In this document: positions 8,794 through 19,384 of the stretch, piece after piece
How the letters are laid out: every line of letters starts with the position of its first letter
Position numbering within the stretch: position 1 is the first letter of the stretch
The notes under the pieces: generated by a model
The model's database searches: none
Seen by the model: the letters and a program-made list of their open reading frames with translations, nothing else
What the model was told of the DNA's origin: nothing
Made by a program: the position numbers and the translations under genes
Virus record (IMG/VR): IMGVR_UViG_3300025402_000001
Length of the DNA: 64,000 nucleotides
Source of the DNA: an uncultured virus (IMG/VR IMGVR_UViG_3300025402_000001)
Taxonomy: Duplodnaviria; Heunggongvirae; Uroviricota; Caudoviricetes
Direction: 5' to 3' (one strand)

Positions 8794-9014
8794 TGGCAAA
8801 AAACCCACAAGACGGCGGCGAATTAGGCTTCCGTAAAACATACAAAATGACTGGAACTCAAAGTTCTGGCGGCGGTCCAGCAGCTAAAGTAGACACAGGA
8901 ACCTCAGGTTCTAAACGTGCTAACAACGCAGTACTTAATCAAAACAAAGTTCGTTCCAGCAAAGTTGGACCAGACAAAAATTTAAAAGAAGTTAAGACAG
9001 GTAACTTTTATTAA
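8793..9014 (+). CDS. small basic hypothetical protein
   Basis: TAATG translational coupling to portal. Confidence 0.65.
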   Translation: MAKNPQDGGELGFRKTYKMTGTQSSGGGPAAKVDTGTSGSKRANNAVLNQNKVRSSKVGPDKNLKEVKTGNFY

Positions 9015-9022
9015 TATAAATT

Positions 9023-9054
9023 GGGGCGGAATACTGCCCTATTTGCATTAATAT
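9023..9054 (+). promoter_or_regulatory. phage promoter motif
   Basis: GGGGCGG-N14-TGCATTAATAT, 4 nt before ATG 9059. Confidence 0.8.
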
Positions 9055-9058
9055 AAGT

Positions 9059-9250
9059 ATGAAAGACTTTATTAGTGAAATTATCTCTCGTACGAGAGAC
9101 GAACAAAAGAAAATAGCGGAAGCCGTCACCGCTGGAAATAATGTAAACTCCTTTGAGGATTACCAACGCCTAGTTGGAAGACATGAAGGTTTTTCAGAGA
9201 TACTGAACATTATTAACGAGATTTTGACGGAAGACGAAGACGACCTGTAA
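9059..9250 (+). CDS. small head-module protein
   Basis: 63-aa ORF between portal and GroES-like gene. Confidence 0.7.
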   Translation: MKDFISEIISRTRDEQKKIAEAVTAGNNVNSFEDYQRLVGRHEGFSEILNIINEILTEDEDDL

Positions 9251-9270
9251 AGGTTATAGGAGGCAGCCGA

Positions 9271-9714
9271 ATGGCAGCATTTGATGTTAGAGCAAAAGAA
9301 GAACCAGATACTAGATCCGAAGAAGAATGTTTCCCGGTTGTAGAGCATGGAACTGAAGTAGCTGGAGATAGAGTTTTAGTTCAACTAAGACGCCCTAAAA
9401 CAGCAAGTAAAGGCGGGATCATTTTTGTAGATGAGACCACACAAACGATTAAATTTAATGAGACTGTAGCTAAGGTTGTCCAGGTTGGACCTTTGGCATA
9501 CCGAAACCTAGACGACTTAACCCCCTGGATTGAAGGTCCTTGGTGTAAAGAAGGCGACTTGGTACGTACAATTAAGTACGGCGGTGACCGATTTGTGGTT
9601 GACGCAGGAGATGAGGGAGCACCCGTGGTGTTCATTACCTTACAGGCCCGTGAAATCATTTCTCGTATTCGATCTTTTGAATACGCACAGAAAATGAAGG
9701 CGTTTGTTGATTAA
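9271..9714 (+). CDS. groES: GroES/Cpn10-like co-chaperonin
   Basis: GDRVLVQ..KTASKGGII..VVQVGP..KEGDLV..KYGG pattern. Confidence 0.85.
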   Translation: MAAFDVRAKEEPDTRSEEECFPVVEHGTEVAGDRVLVQLRRPKTASKGGIIFVDETTQTIKFNETVAKVVQVGPLAYRNLDDLTPWIEGPWCKEGDLVRTIKYGGDRFVVDAGDEGAPVVFITLQAREIISRIRSFEYAQKMKAFVD

Positions 9715-9737
9715 CTTTTGTAAAAAAGAAAGTATGT

Positions 9738-10733
9738 ATGGCAGAAAATGAAAAAGATGTTCCTATTAAGGAACGCGAGGATGGTTCATTCCTTGCAAAG
9801 GTAGATTTTCCTGAAGAAATTGAGGACGAAGAAACCAAAAAACCAAAAAAAGACAAAAAAGAAGAAGAAGAGCATGACGAAGATGCTCAGGATAACGCAG
9901 AAGAAGATGCAGATGACGACGAAGGTGCCGAATCTGATGAAGAACGCGAAAAAATCCGTGAGGCACGTCGTGAAGAGCGCAGACTTAAGAAAGATTTAAA
10001 GAGACAGCGCGATCTTACCTCTAAAAACAAGATTACAACGCTTGAACGCCGAAATGAAGAGCTTGCTCGACGTTTGGCTGCTGTAGAGAGCACCGCGGCA
10101 TCATATCAGTTCGCACAAATCGACAAACAGGTGGAAGATGAAGCCACCCGCGTTGAATATGCAAAAATGAAGATGTTGCAGGCGGCTCAAAACGGCGACG
10201 CGGCAGGTCAGGTAGAGTACTTGGAGCAATTGACAGATGCCAAACAGCGTCTGCAACAAGTACAGTACTACAAAAAACAACAACTCGAGCAGGCAAAGAC
10301 ACCTAAACAAAATGTGCCTAACGAGATCAGTACAGAGGTTCAAGCCAATGCAACAAAGTGGCTTAAAAAGAACAACTGGTACGATCCGCAAGCTCGAGAT
10401 ACAGATAGTAGAATTGCCAAGGTAATAGATCAAGAACTCGCCACAGACGGATGGGATCCAAGTGACCCTGAGTACTGGGATGAGTTAGATAGTCGTTTAT
10501 CCGCACGTTTACCACACCGCTATACATCGCAAGGTGGAAAGCAAGCAAAGCGCTCAGCGGGCCCAACAGCCTCCAGCCGAGTAGCAAATGAATCAAGCGT
10601 TAAGCCAGGAACAATCACACTAAGCCGTGAGCGTGTACAGGCCATTAAAGACGCTGGTTCGTGGGACGATGTAACTAAACGAAATAAAATGATCCGCGCA
10701 TACGCCACGTATGACCGCGCTAATAAGGAATAA
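9738..10733 (+). CDS. capsid scaffolding protein
   Basis: acidic N-terminus, long coiled coil, upstream of capsid gene. Confidence 0.7.
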   Translation: MAENEKDVPIKEREDGSFLAKVDFPEEIEDEETKKPKKDKKEEEEHDEDAQDNAEEDADDDEGAESDEEREKIREARREERRLKKDLKRQRDLTSKNKITTLERRNEELARRLAAVESTAASYQFAQIDKQVEDEATRVEYAKMKMLQAAQNGDAAGQVEYLEQLTDAKQRLQQVQYYKKQQLEQAKTPKQNVPNEISTEVQANATKWLKKNNWYDPQARDTDSRIAKVIDQELATDGWDPSDPEYWDELDSRLSARLPHRYTSQGGKQAKRSAGPTASSRVANESSVKPGTITLSRERVQAIKDAGSWDDVTKRNKMIRAYATYDRANKE

Positions 10734-10738
10734 TTATC

Positions 10739-11296
10739 ATGGCAAATACAAGAATTAAACGTGACTTAGACGACCGCATGGCCGACAGAGCACAAGAAGT
10801 AACCGAGCGCGCTACAACGGCCGCTCCTGATGACATTGCACGTCGTGAACGCCTTGATGCGTTTAGAGACAAGTGGGCAAATAGTGCGTTGCCAGATCTT
10901 CCAGGTGGCATTATTCCTGGAATGCACTTATGTTGGTTGTCAACAACCAACACTTACGACAGTATCGACAAACGTATGGCGTTGGGTTATGAGCCAGTTA
11001 AAGCCTCCGATCTCGGAAAAGGCTTTGAAGGACTAGGCAAAATGAGCTCCGGCAAGTTTGAAGGCTGTGTTAGTTGTAACGAAATGGTACTTTTTAAGTT
11101 ACCAGAGGATATCTATCAAGAAGTAATGCGGATGCTCCATTTGGAAGATCCGCTTGAACATCAACGCAATATTACAGCGCAGGTTCGCGACACAGCGCAA
11201 GGTAATAAAGGTGGACGTTCAGTTCTTGAGGGCGGTCTTTTGGAGATGGAAAAAGATACTGCAAAAGCGAATAACAAAAACATTCGTTTCCAATAA
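10739..11296 (+). CDS. head-module hypothetical protein
   Basis: 185-aa ORF with RBS between scaffold and capsid genes. Confidence 0.7.
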   Translation: MANTRIKRDLDDRMADRAQEVTERATTAAPDDIARRERLDAFRDKWANSALPDLPGGIIPGMHLCWLSTTNTYDSIDKRMALGYEPVKASDLGKGFEGLGKMSSGKFEGCVSCNEMVLFKLPEDIYQEVMRMLHLEDPLEHQRNITAQVRDTAQGNKGGRSVLEGGLLEMEKDTAKANNKNIRFQ

Positions 11297-11329
11297 CATT
11301 CTTCAAAAATAACAAAGGAAATAATATAA

Positions 11330-12004
11330 ATGTCCACAACATTTAAACCCTTTGGTCTGAAGCCAGTGTATCATCCTAGCGGTCTTGATCGTGCAGTGCC
11401 ATTCGTTGGCACTAACACATACAATCCCGGTACGACTTACACAGCTCCCTACTCGTTGTCTGGCGCGCAAGTTGCGTTCTACCAGTACACACCAGTAGCA
11501 TTGACAGCTTCAGGTCAATTAACCGTAGCAGCACAAGCAGCATCTACAACTTCAATCAGCCGTGTTTATGGCGTGTTTGATGGCGTAGAGTACACAAACT
11601 CCGATGGTCGTCGTTCAGTAGCTAAGTATGCTCTGAAGACAACTTTGGATGCGTCTACACAGATCATCTTCTGGATCTTTGCTGATCCTCAGTTGGTTTA
11701 TGAGATCCAAGCTAATGGTTCAGTAACAACTGCAGCTATTGGTACACAATACAACTTTGACACAACCGCCGGCTCCCTCGTAACTGATGGTACAGCTATT
11801 GGTGTAGGTGGCGCAGGCTTCTCTACTACAGCTCTCTTGGCAACTCCTGTTGCAGCTGGTGCACAAGGTCAAGTACGTGTTGTTGGATTAGGCCGTGAAG
11901 TAGCATACCCAGCAGGCAGCAACAATGCTTGGGGTGATACATACACGATTGTTCAAGTACAGATCGCAAACAACATGTTTGCAGCCGCTTCGGTCTCGAT
12001 CTAA
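11330..12004 (+). CDS. putative capsid decoration/cement protein
   Basis: N-terminal PFGLKPV, Ala/Thr/Gly-rich, directly upstream of MCP. Confidence 0.65.
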   Translation: MSTTFKPFGLKPVYHPSGLDRAVPFVGTNTYNPGTTYTAPYSLSGAQVAFYQYTPVALTASGQLTVAAQAASTTSISRVYGVFDGVEYTNSDGRRSVAKYALKTTLDASTQIIFWIFADPQLVYEIQANGSVTTAAIGTQYNFDTTAGSLVTDGTAIGVGGAGFSTTALLATPVAAGAQGQVRVVGLGREVAYPAGSNNAWGDTYTIVQVQIANNMFAAASVSI

Positions 12005-12024
12005 TTAACGAAAGGAAATAGCAA

Positions 12025-12942
12025 ATGGCAACCCCAATGCGTAGTACCGACTTTCGTGCGGTAGTCGAACCGATTATCAACGAAGTCTTTGATGGTGTGT
12101 ATGAACAACGCGCCGACGAGTGGAAAGGATTTGTAGAACAGATCCAAGGTATTCCACGTAACTATCACGAAGAAGTAATGCTCTTCGGTATGAATGCTGC
12201 ACCTGCCATGCCTGACGGTACTCCTGTCAGCTATGACCAAGGTGGTACATTGTACATCACCCGTTTCATCTACCAAATCTATGGCTTGGCTTATGCCTTG
12301 ACCAAAGTATTGATGGAAGACGGCGATCACATCCGTATCGGTAGCACCTTCGCTAAACACTTGGCTCAGTCTATGATTGAAACCAAAGAAACCCTTTGTG
12401 CTAACTTGTTGAACTTCGCGTTCACAACTGGCTACGTTGGTGGCGATGGCGTTACATTGATCAATACAGCTCACCCTGTAGCTAACGGTTTGACATACTC
12501 AAACCAGTTATCCACAGCAGCTTCATTGTCACAAACTTCTGTTGAACAGATGTTGATTCAAATCCGCGGCGCTATTGACAACAATGGTAAGCGTATTCGT
12601 CTCAAGGCTGAACAATTAGTTGTTCCACCAGCACTCGAGTTCCAGGCTGAGGTTATCCTCAAATCTGTACTCCGTTCTGGTACAGCTGACAACGATTTGA
12701 ACCCTATCAAATCAACAGGCATGTTGCCTAAAGGTACACACGTGGTTACACGTCTGTCCTCTAGCAAAGCCTGGTGGGTTCAGACCGACGCTGAAAATGG
12801 TCTCATGCTTGTTAATCGCCGTAACCTAGAGAAATCTATGGAAGGAGACTTTGAAACTGACTCCATGCGTTACAAAGCAACCGAGCGTTACGCGACTGGA
12901 TGGCACGATGCACGTAACATCTTCGGTACAGCAGGTCTGTAA
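12025..12942 (+). CDS. major capsid protein
   Basis: 305 aa, LVVPPALEF..ILKS and DFETDSMRYKATERY motifs, biased codons, followed by terminator. Confidence 0.88.
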   Translation: MATPMRSTDFRAVVEPIINEVFDGVYEQRADEWKGFVEQIQGIPRNYHEEVMLFGMNAAPAMPDGTPVSYDQGGTLYITRFIYQIYGLAYALTKVLMEDGDHIRIGSTFAKHLAQSMIETKETLCANLLNFAFTTGYVGGDGVTLINTAHPVANGLTYSNQLSTAASLSQTSVEQMLIQIRGAIDNNGKRIRLKAEQLVVPPALEFQAEVILKSVLRSGTADNDLNPIKSTGMLPKGTHVVTRLSSSKAWWVQTDAENGLMLVNRRNLEKSMEGDFETDSMRYKATERYATGWHDARNIFGTAGL

Positions 12943-12971
12943 TCAGCTTTAAAATAAAGTTGTAAAAAAGC

Positions 12972-13012
12972 AAAAAACCCGGCCCAAAAAGCTGGGTTTT
13001 TTGCATTAATAT
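12972..13012 (+). terminator. intrinsic terminator fused to promoter motif
   Basis: AAAAAACCCGGC..GCTGGGTTTTTT then GCATTAATAT. Confidence 0.8.
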
Positions 13013-13016
13013 ATGT

Positions 13017-13487
13017 ATGAAAATAGTTTCCAGACAACAAGCCATTGAACAAAAGCTAACCCGGTATTTTACTGGTAAGCCATGTAAACATGGCCATATT
13101 ACTGAAAAATTATTAAGTAATAGAACCTGTGTTGAATGCAAACGATTAGATAAAATAAAATGGGGTTCTCAACCTCATATAAAATCAGCATCAATTGCTA
13201 GAGCAAATGCTCACAACAAAAAGCACCCAGAAATGCATTTAGCTCGTACACGTAAACGCCAGGCAGCGTTATTGCAAAGAGTTCCAACTTGGGGCCCCCA
13301 CGCACATCTTATTATAGCCAAGTATCAACTAGCCAATATGCTATCTCAAGCATCTGGCGAGCCATACCACGTAGACCACATTATCCCACTGCAGGGTAAA
13401 AAAGTATCAGGTCTTCATGTCTTTTCCAATCTCAGAGTCATCCCTGGCTCAGACAACTCCAAAAAATCGAATAAGTTCGTAGTTTAG
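13017..13487 (+). CDS. HNH homing endonuclease
   Basis: RYFTGKPCKHGH..CVEC and HVDHIIPLQGKKVSGLHVFSNL..N..K. Confidence 0.9.
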   Translation: MKIVSRQQAIEQKLTRYFTGKPCKHGHITEKLLSNRTCVECKRLDKIKWGSQPHIKSASIARANAHNKKHPEMHLARTRKRQAALLQRVPTWGPHAHLIIAKYQLANMLSQASGEPYHVDHIIPLQGKKVSGLHVFSNLRVIPGSDNSKKSNKFVV

Positions 13488-13518
13488 GGCGGAATATCCC
13501 TTTATTTTGCATTAATAT
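13486..13518 (+). promoter_or_regulatory. phage promoter motif
   Basis: AGGGCGG-N15-TGCATTAATAT. Confidence 0.8.
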
Positions 13519-13614
13519 GTATAGGAAGATTAATCCCATTCTGACCGCCGACACTTCCCGGTGAGACGACTTAGAGACAGCTTGGGATACCCACTAAGAT
13601 AAGGAAACACCCAA

Positions 13615-14187
13615 ATGTCAAGCACATTTACATCCCCCCTACGCGTTTTTAAGCGTAACAACCCTACAAACGATGGTACTATTTTTCCAGACAACACTGG
13701 CGCAGCCCGTATTAGCCAACAGTCTTACATCACAAACCCAATCACCACTACAACCGGTACAGCTACTACCTTAACAACAGCCGACCTCGGTTCTACAACT
13801 GTAACCCCATTCGTATTGCCAGCTGGCGCTATTATTGAAGGTTTTACACTGTATCAAGACGTAGCAGCTGGTGGCCTCGTAGGCGGCGTTATCACTGTAT
13901 CTATCAGCCAAACTAACCCAACAACTGGCGCTGTTACCACTACCGCTATTGGTACAGTAACCCCAACAGCAGCTGGTGGCCGTATCGCTGGTGCGTTCAC
14001 AGCTACTGCAGCAACTGCGGCTATCATCGAAAACATTGGTACACTGGACGCTACATTGACTTTCTCTGCGGCTTCTGTAACAACATTGTCAAGCGGCTCT
14101 TTGGGCGGTACAATCTCTGTTGACTACACAGCACGTAACTATGATGGTTCTATTGCTGCCTATGGTTCTGGTCTTTCTAACAGCTAA
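13615..14187 (+). CDS. virion structural protein
   Basis: Thr/Ala/Gly-rich, strong RBS, hairpin at 14194-14209 after stop. Confidence 0.65.
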   Translation: MSSTFTSPLRVFKRNNPTNDGTIFPDNTGAARISQQSYITNPITTTTGTATTLTTADLGSTTVTPFVLPAGAIIEGFTLYQDVAAGGLVGGVITVSISQTNPTTGAVTTTAIGTVTPTAAGGRIAGAFTATAATAAIIENIGTLDATLTFSAASVTTLSSGSLGGTISVDYTARNYDGSIAAYGSGLSNS

Positions 14188-14234
14188 TATTGACGGCGGG
14201 GCAACCCGCCTCCTTTAACTTTTAGGAGAAACCT

Positions 14235-15020
14235 ATGGCTAACGCCTACAATCCGTATACATCCCCACCCCATTCCGTAACCGTCCAAGGCGCTTACGAG
14301 CCGTTTGACTTGCAAGTTTCACGCAATCAAATCATGGGCCACCAAATCCTAAGTATTTTTGGTTATCAAGCTGCTGTAACAACTACACCTATTGCTGTTT
14401 GGGAAAATGCTGCTGCTTATGTATACCCGACAGTTGCAGGTCAAATGACTGTAGTGAGTACCTCAGCCTCTGATGACACGCTTGCAAAGGTTTTAATCTC
14501 TGGTTTAGATGCAAACTTTGCACCTATATCTGAAGTTATTGCCCTAAATGGTACCACTGGTGTAACAACTGTTAATAGCTATTTACGTATTAATAGCATG
14601 GTACTAACATCCGCAGGCACAAGCCAAAATACTAACGTCGGCACTATCACCGCTAAACAATCTAGCAATACTGTTGCACAGATTAATATCGGTATTGGTA
14701 AATCACAAAGCACCGTGTACACTGTTCCAGCGGGTTATACTTTTTACTTAGATCAAGTTGAAGTTAATTCATCAAACAGCTACACTAGCGCAACAATTTT
14801 AACTTACAAAGTACAAACAATTAACAACACTAACGGTGTTAAAATTGTAGCACTACAACAACCATTTGTTGCTATTTATACAATTACTAGACCAACGGAT
14901 CCATTTGCTTACGCTGAAAAAACTGACATTCAATGGCAGCTATCAACTAGCACAGGTTCTGTTGCAGTAGGTATTATTGTAGCTGGTAAGTTAATCAAGA
15001 ACGATAGCCAGTCGGCTTAA
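14235..15020 (+). CDS. virion structural protein
   Basis: 261-aa ORF with AGGAG RBS in the structural module. Confidence 0.65.
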   Translation: MANAYNPYTSPPHSVTVQGAYEPFDLQVSRNQIMGHQILSIFGYQAAVTTTPIAVWENAAAYVYPTVAGQMTVVSTSASDDTLAKVLISGLDANFAPISEVIALNGTTGVTTVNSYLRINSMVLTSAGTSQNTNVGTITAKQSSNTVAQINIGIGKSQSTVYTVPAGYTFYLDQVEVNSSNSYTSATILTYKVQTINNTNGVKIVALQQPFVAIYTITRPTDPFAYAEKTDIQWQLSTSTGSVAVGIIVAGKLIKNDSQSA

Positions 15021-15028
15021 GGCACTAG

Positions 15029-15592
15029 ATGTATCAAGTATACTGGATACACCATAAAGATCATAATAACTTGTTTACTCAAGGTTATATCGGTGTATCC
15101 AATAATACTGAAAAAAGATTTTCTAAACACAAATCACAAACTAATCAAAACACACACATAAACCCAATTTTAACAAATGCTGTTAAAAAATACGGTTGGA
15201 ATAATTTAGTGAAAGATATTATTTTAATAGGCAATAAAGAATATTGTTTAGAAATAGAATCAAAACTAAGAAACACAAAAGAAATTGGTTGGAACATTGC
15301 CCCCGGTGGTGGTATGCCAAATGTTAAATTTGGCAATGAAAACCCAATGCGAAACCCAATTGTTGCAGCCAAAACAGCAGCAACTAAAAAAGGAATTGCA
15401 ACAAGGGGGTATGGTTGGCAACATTCTGAAGACACTAAAAATAAAATAGCTTTAAGTAAATTTGGTAAACTAAAACCTGGCAAAAAAGTTTTTGTAAACG
15501 GAATAGAATTTATTTCACAAAAATTAGCAGCTGAGCATTTTGGCATACATATTAGAACGTTTAAAAAACGCTATAAAAACGGAGAACTATAA
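15029..15592 (+). CDS. GIY-YIG homing endonuclease
   Basis: VYWI..GYIGVS..R..H, GWN, NUMOD3-like HSEDTKNKIA; AT-rich. Confidence 0.85.
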   Translation: MYQVYWIHHKDHNNLFTQGYIGVSNNTEKRFSKHKSQTNQNTHINPILTNAVKKYGWNNLVKDIILIGNKEYCLEIESKLRNTKEIGWNIAPGGGMPNVKFGNENPMRNPIVAAKTAATKKGIATRGYGWQHSEDTKNKIALSKFGKLKPGKKVFVNGIEFISQKLAAEHFGIHIRTFKKRYKNGEL

Positions 15593-16215
15593 TGCCTCCT
15601 GTATATTTGGATACAAGAGGAAACTCGGTACTTTCTGTTGCACTGTGTGATCGGTGCAGCAGAAAGTTCGCCTATGTAGACCTGATGCCCGATCCCAACT
15701 TCCCTGGGATGCGGGTATGCAAGGAAGATTTAGATAACTTTGATCCATGGCGCCTACCAGCCCGTCAGACTGAAAACATTGCACTACGCTTTCCACGTCC
15801 TGATGTATCCGTTGCTACAGGCCCAATCGGTGGTAATCAGATTATGACCGAGAACGGGTTCACTAACCAAAACGCTTTATTTATTGAGGGCGTACCATCT
15901 GCAAATACTCAGGGTGATTTAAACACCATGAGCAACGTGGTGCCGTCACCAATGACCCTGGCACCAAAGGTTGGATCAGTATCACCAGCGACCGGGACTA
16001 AGTCCGGCGGCACACATGTAACAATCTATGGTAGTAACTTTACCGATGTCGCGACTGTCCGCTTTGGTGGCACAGTAGCAACATTTAGTCTGGTTGACTC
16101 CACCACTATCACCGCAGTAACGCCAGCCTATGCCGTCACTGGTATCGTCAACGTCGAGGTATTTTCTCCGTTCGGTAACAGCACAGCGTACGGGGCGTTT
16201 ACCTACACGACATGA
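15592..16215 (+). CDS. CxxC protein with C-terminal IPT/TIG (Ig-like) domain
   Basis: CDRCSRKF; PKVGSVSPATG..GGTHVTIYGSNF..VRFGG..ITAVTP. Confidence 0.8.
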   Translation: MPPVYLDTRGNSVLSVALCDRCSRKFAYVDLMPDPNFPGMRVCKEDLDNFDPWRLPARQTENIALRFPRPDVSVATGPIGGNQIMTENGFTNQNALFIEGVPSANTQGDLNTMSNVVPSPMTLAPKVGSVSPATGTKSGGTHVTIYGSNFTDVATVRFGGTVATFSLVDSTTITAVTPAYAVTGIVNVEVFSPFGNSTAYGAFTYTT

Positions 16216-16715
16216 TAAATAAATTTTGTGTTTATGCCCATACAAAGCCCGATGGAACAATATTTTATATTGGAAAAGGGTTAAAAAGAAGATCTAAAGA
16301 AACTAGATTAAGAAACAAATATTGGAAAAATGTTGTAAATAAGCACGGTTACAATATTGTAATACTGGCAGATAATTTAACCAATGAAAAAGCGCTTGCA
16401 GAAGAAATTTTGTTAATAGCCCATTTTAAAAAGTTCAATAATCTTACCAATATTACCTCCGGCGGAGAAGGGTTAGTTGGATATAAAATGTCTAAAGCTG
16501 CCAAGGACAAAATTAGAGCAACAAAATGGGGGAGCAATAATCCACATTTTAAAGGCAATATTATTGCAAAAAATATAAAAACCGGGGAACAAAAATTGTT
16601 TGTCGGAAATAAAGAACTAGAGGCTTTTGGTTTTGATAACAGTCACGTTTACAGATGCGTTTCTGGAAAAAGAAAAACACACAAAGGCTATACTTTTGAA
16701 AGATCAATAGCGTAA
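16212..16715 (+). CDS. GIY-YIG-like homing endonuclease
   Basis: VYAH..FYIGKG..R, LTNITSGGEG, C-terminal HKGYTF; AT-rich. Confidence 0.8.
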   Translation: MINKFCVYAHTKPDGTIFYIGKGLKRRSKETRLRNKYWKNVVNKHGYNIVILADNLTNEKALAEEILLIAHFKKFNNLTNITSGGEGLVGYKMSKAAKDKIRATKWGSNNPHFKGNIIAKNIKTGEQKLFVGNKELEAFGFDNSHVYRCVSGKRKTHKGYTFERSIA

Positions 16716-19384
16716 TGGCGGACCAAAGTATCACACAACTACCCGTCGCTATCTCCCTAACAGGGGATGAGCAGACGGTCGTGGTTCAGAGGGGCGTCAC
16801 CAAGCAGGTACAGGTTAGCCTGATTGCCAACGCGGTATCCCCCGGCAAGTTGATCACCAACGTCGTACTAGACGCACAGAACTATTTGGTGTTTTATTAC
16901 AGTGATGGTACTACATCAAAGACTGGCCCAATACCAGGATATATCTCAGCAACAATCAATGGCTCAGGTCATTTAATACTGACACTCACCACTGGTGGCA
17001 CTGTTGACTGTGGTAATGTAGTCGGACCTCAGGGCCCAGTTGGACCCACAGGCGCCACAGGCACTGCAGCGACTATTGCGGCGGGCACAGCAACAACATT
17101 ACCTTACGGCGCAACCCCAACGGTAACAAATTCAGGTAGTAGTTCTGCAGCAACGTTTAACTTTGGAATACCAGCGGGTGCCCCTGGTGCAACCGGAACA
17201 TTTAGTGGCGGCACGACGGGCTTTACACCAAACACACCAACCTCTGGCGCTGTGGTGCTCGGTGGTACGTTAAATGCTTCTAATGGTGGTACTGGTGTGG
17301 TAACTCTGACGGGCTACGTAAAAGGCAATGGCACGTCGGCCATGACGGCCAGTTCAACGGTACCAACAACGGATTTAAGTGGCACCGTCACAAACGCACA
17401 GTTAGCTAACTCAGCGATCACTATCAACGGTACGGCTACGAGCCTTGGAGGCTCGATTAGTGTAGGGACAGTGACCTCTGTGGCCGCCACTGCGGGGACA
17501 GGAATTAGCGTATCGGGAAGTCCAATCACTTCTAGCGGTACGTTGACCATTACCAATACGGCCCCGGACCAGACAGTAGCATTTACCAACGGCACAGGCA
17601 TTAGTGTTACGGGTACTTACCCTAACTTTACAGTAACTAATACAGCGCCATCAAGTGGCGGAACGGTGACCAGCGTCACAGGCACGGCCCCCGTAGTTAG
17701 TAGTGGGGGCAATACACCAGCGATTAGTATGGCCGCGGCGACAACGTCGGTGAGCGGATATTTAACATCCACCGACTGGAATACGTTTAACAACAAACAG
17801 CCAGCGGGTACCTATGTAACCAGTATTACCTCCAGCACTTTAACAATCGCTGGAACAGGCACTATACCAACAATTAACCTTTCGTCTGGTATTGTTACAG
17901 CAGGAACCACGGGCTCCGCAACATTAATACCTGTCGTCACTGTGGATACGTATGGCAGAGTAACAGCGGTAACAACAGCCGCAAATCCTCAGGGCACTGT
18001 GACATCTGTCGCAGGTACAGGCACAGTAAATGGCATCACACTCACGGGCACAGTGACAAGCACTGGTAGCCTGACACTCGGTGGTACACTTAGTGGCATT
18101 GGAAACACCCAGTTAACTAACTCAAGTATCACAGTAAATGGTAACTTGGTTAGTTTAGGAGGAAGCACCACAGTAACAGCCAACACAACAAATGCGTTGA
18201 CAATTGGTACGGGTTTATCTGGTACCAGCTTCAATGGTTCGGCGGCGGTTACTATTGCTATTGATAGCACCGTGGCTACCCTAACAGGCTCACAGGCATT
18301 AACCAACAAGACAATTAGCGGCGCGAGCAACACACTAAGCAACATTGGTAACAGCTCGTTAACAAACAGCACATTAACCGTTGGAACAACAAGCATCGCG
18401 TTGGGTGCAACAAGCCTTACACTTGGTGGACTAACAAGCGTCGCCGTAACACAAGACCCAACAAGCGCACTACAACTAGCAACCAAGCAGTACGTTGATA
18501 ATATAGCGCAGGGGTTAAGCACCAAGGCACCGGCACTAGTTGCCACAACGGCAAACATTACACTTTCTGGTGAGCAGACGATTGATGGGTTTACAACGTC
18601 ACTTAGTCGTGTGCTGGTTAAGAACCAAACACTACCTGCAAACAACGGCATCTATTTATCTAATCCAGCTGCTTGGGCTCGCACCACAGACGCCAATACC
18701 TGGAATCAGTTAGTCTCCGCCTATGTGTTTGTCGAAGAAGGAACAATTAATGGCGATACAGGCTGGGTCTGTACTAGCGACCCGGGCGGCACATTAGGCG
18801 TTACAGCAGTTACTTGGGTCCAGTTCTCTGGCGCGGGCACATATACAGCTGGTACAGGACTAAGCCTAACAGGCACACAGTTTAGTATTACCAACACGGG
18901 GACGGCGGGGACATACGGATCTGCTACATTAATTCCTGTTATTACTACAAATGCGCAGGGTCAGGTTACCAGCGTTACTACGGCATCGAACCCACAGGGT
19001 ACTGTAACGTCAATCACATCGTCTACCTTAACGGTGGCAGGTACATCTGCTATACCAACAGTTAACTTAACTAGCGGTATCGTTACCGCAGGCACAACGG
19101 GCTCAAGCACACTAATCCCAGTTGTAACGGTGGATACTTATGGCCGTGTAACTACGATTACAACAGCATCAAACCCACAGGGCACGGTGACAAGCGTATC
19201 TGGTACTGGTACAGTTAGCGGCATTACTTTAACAGGCACCGTAACATCAAGTGGTAGCTTAACACTTGGCGGCACATTAGATTTATCTAGCCCACCAGCA
19301 ATCGGTGGTACAACAGCAAATACCATAACAGGTACTACTATCACTGCAACAAAATACGTCGGTATATCCGGAGGAACATTTTAA
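16715..19384 (+). CDS. tail fibre protein
   Basis: short collagen-like GPQGPVGPTG run, repeated GTVTSV and VTVDTYGRVT fibre modules. Confidence 0.8.
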   Translation: MADQSITQLPVAISLTGDEQTVVVQRGVTKQVQVSLIANAVSPGKLITNVVLDAQNYLVFYYSDGTTSKTGPIPGYISATINGSGHLILTLTTGGTVDCGNVVGPQGPVGPTGATGTAATIAAGTATTLPYGATPTVTNSGSSSAATFNFGIPAGAPGATGTFSGGTTGFTPNTPTSGAVVLGGTLNASNGGTGVVTLTGYVKGNGTSAMTASSTVPTTDLSGTVTNAQLANSAITINGTATSLGGSISVGTVTSVAATAGTGISVSGSPITSSGTLTITNTAPDQTVAFTNGTGISVTGTYPNFTVTNTAPSSGGTVTSVTGTAPVVSSGGNTPAISMAAATTSVSGYLTSTDWNTFNNKQPAGTYVTSITSSTLTIAGTGTIPTINLSSGIVTAGTTGSATLIPVVTVDTYGRVTAVTTAANPQGTVTSVAGTGTVNGITLTGTVTSTGSLTLGGTLSGIGNTQLTNSSITVNGNLVSLGGSTTVTANTTNALTIGTGLSGTSFNGSAAVTIAIDSTVATLTGSQALTNKTISGASNTLSNIGNSSLTNSTLTVGTTSIALGATSLTLGGLTSVAVTQDPTSALQLATKQYVDNIAQGLSTKAPALVATTANITLSGEQTIDGFTTSLSRVLVKNQTLPANNGIYLSNPAAWARTTDANTWNQLVSAYVFVEEGTINGDTGWVCTSDPGGTLGVTAVTWVQFSGAGTYTAGTGLSLTGTQFSITNTGTAGTYGSATLIPVITTNAQGQVTSVTTASNPQGTVTSITSSTLTVAGTSAIPTVNLTSGIVTAGTTGSSTLIPVVTVDTYGRVTTITTASNPQGTVTSVSGTGTVSGITLTGTVTSSGSLTLGGTLDLSSPPAIGGTTANTITGTTITATKYVGISGGTF

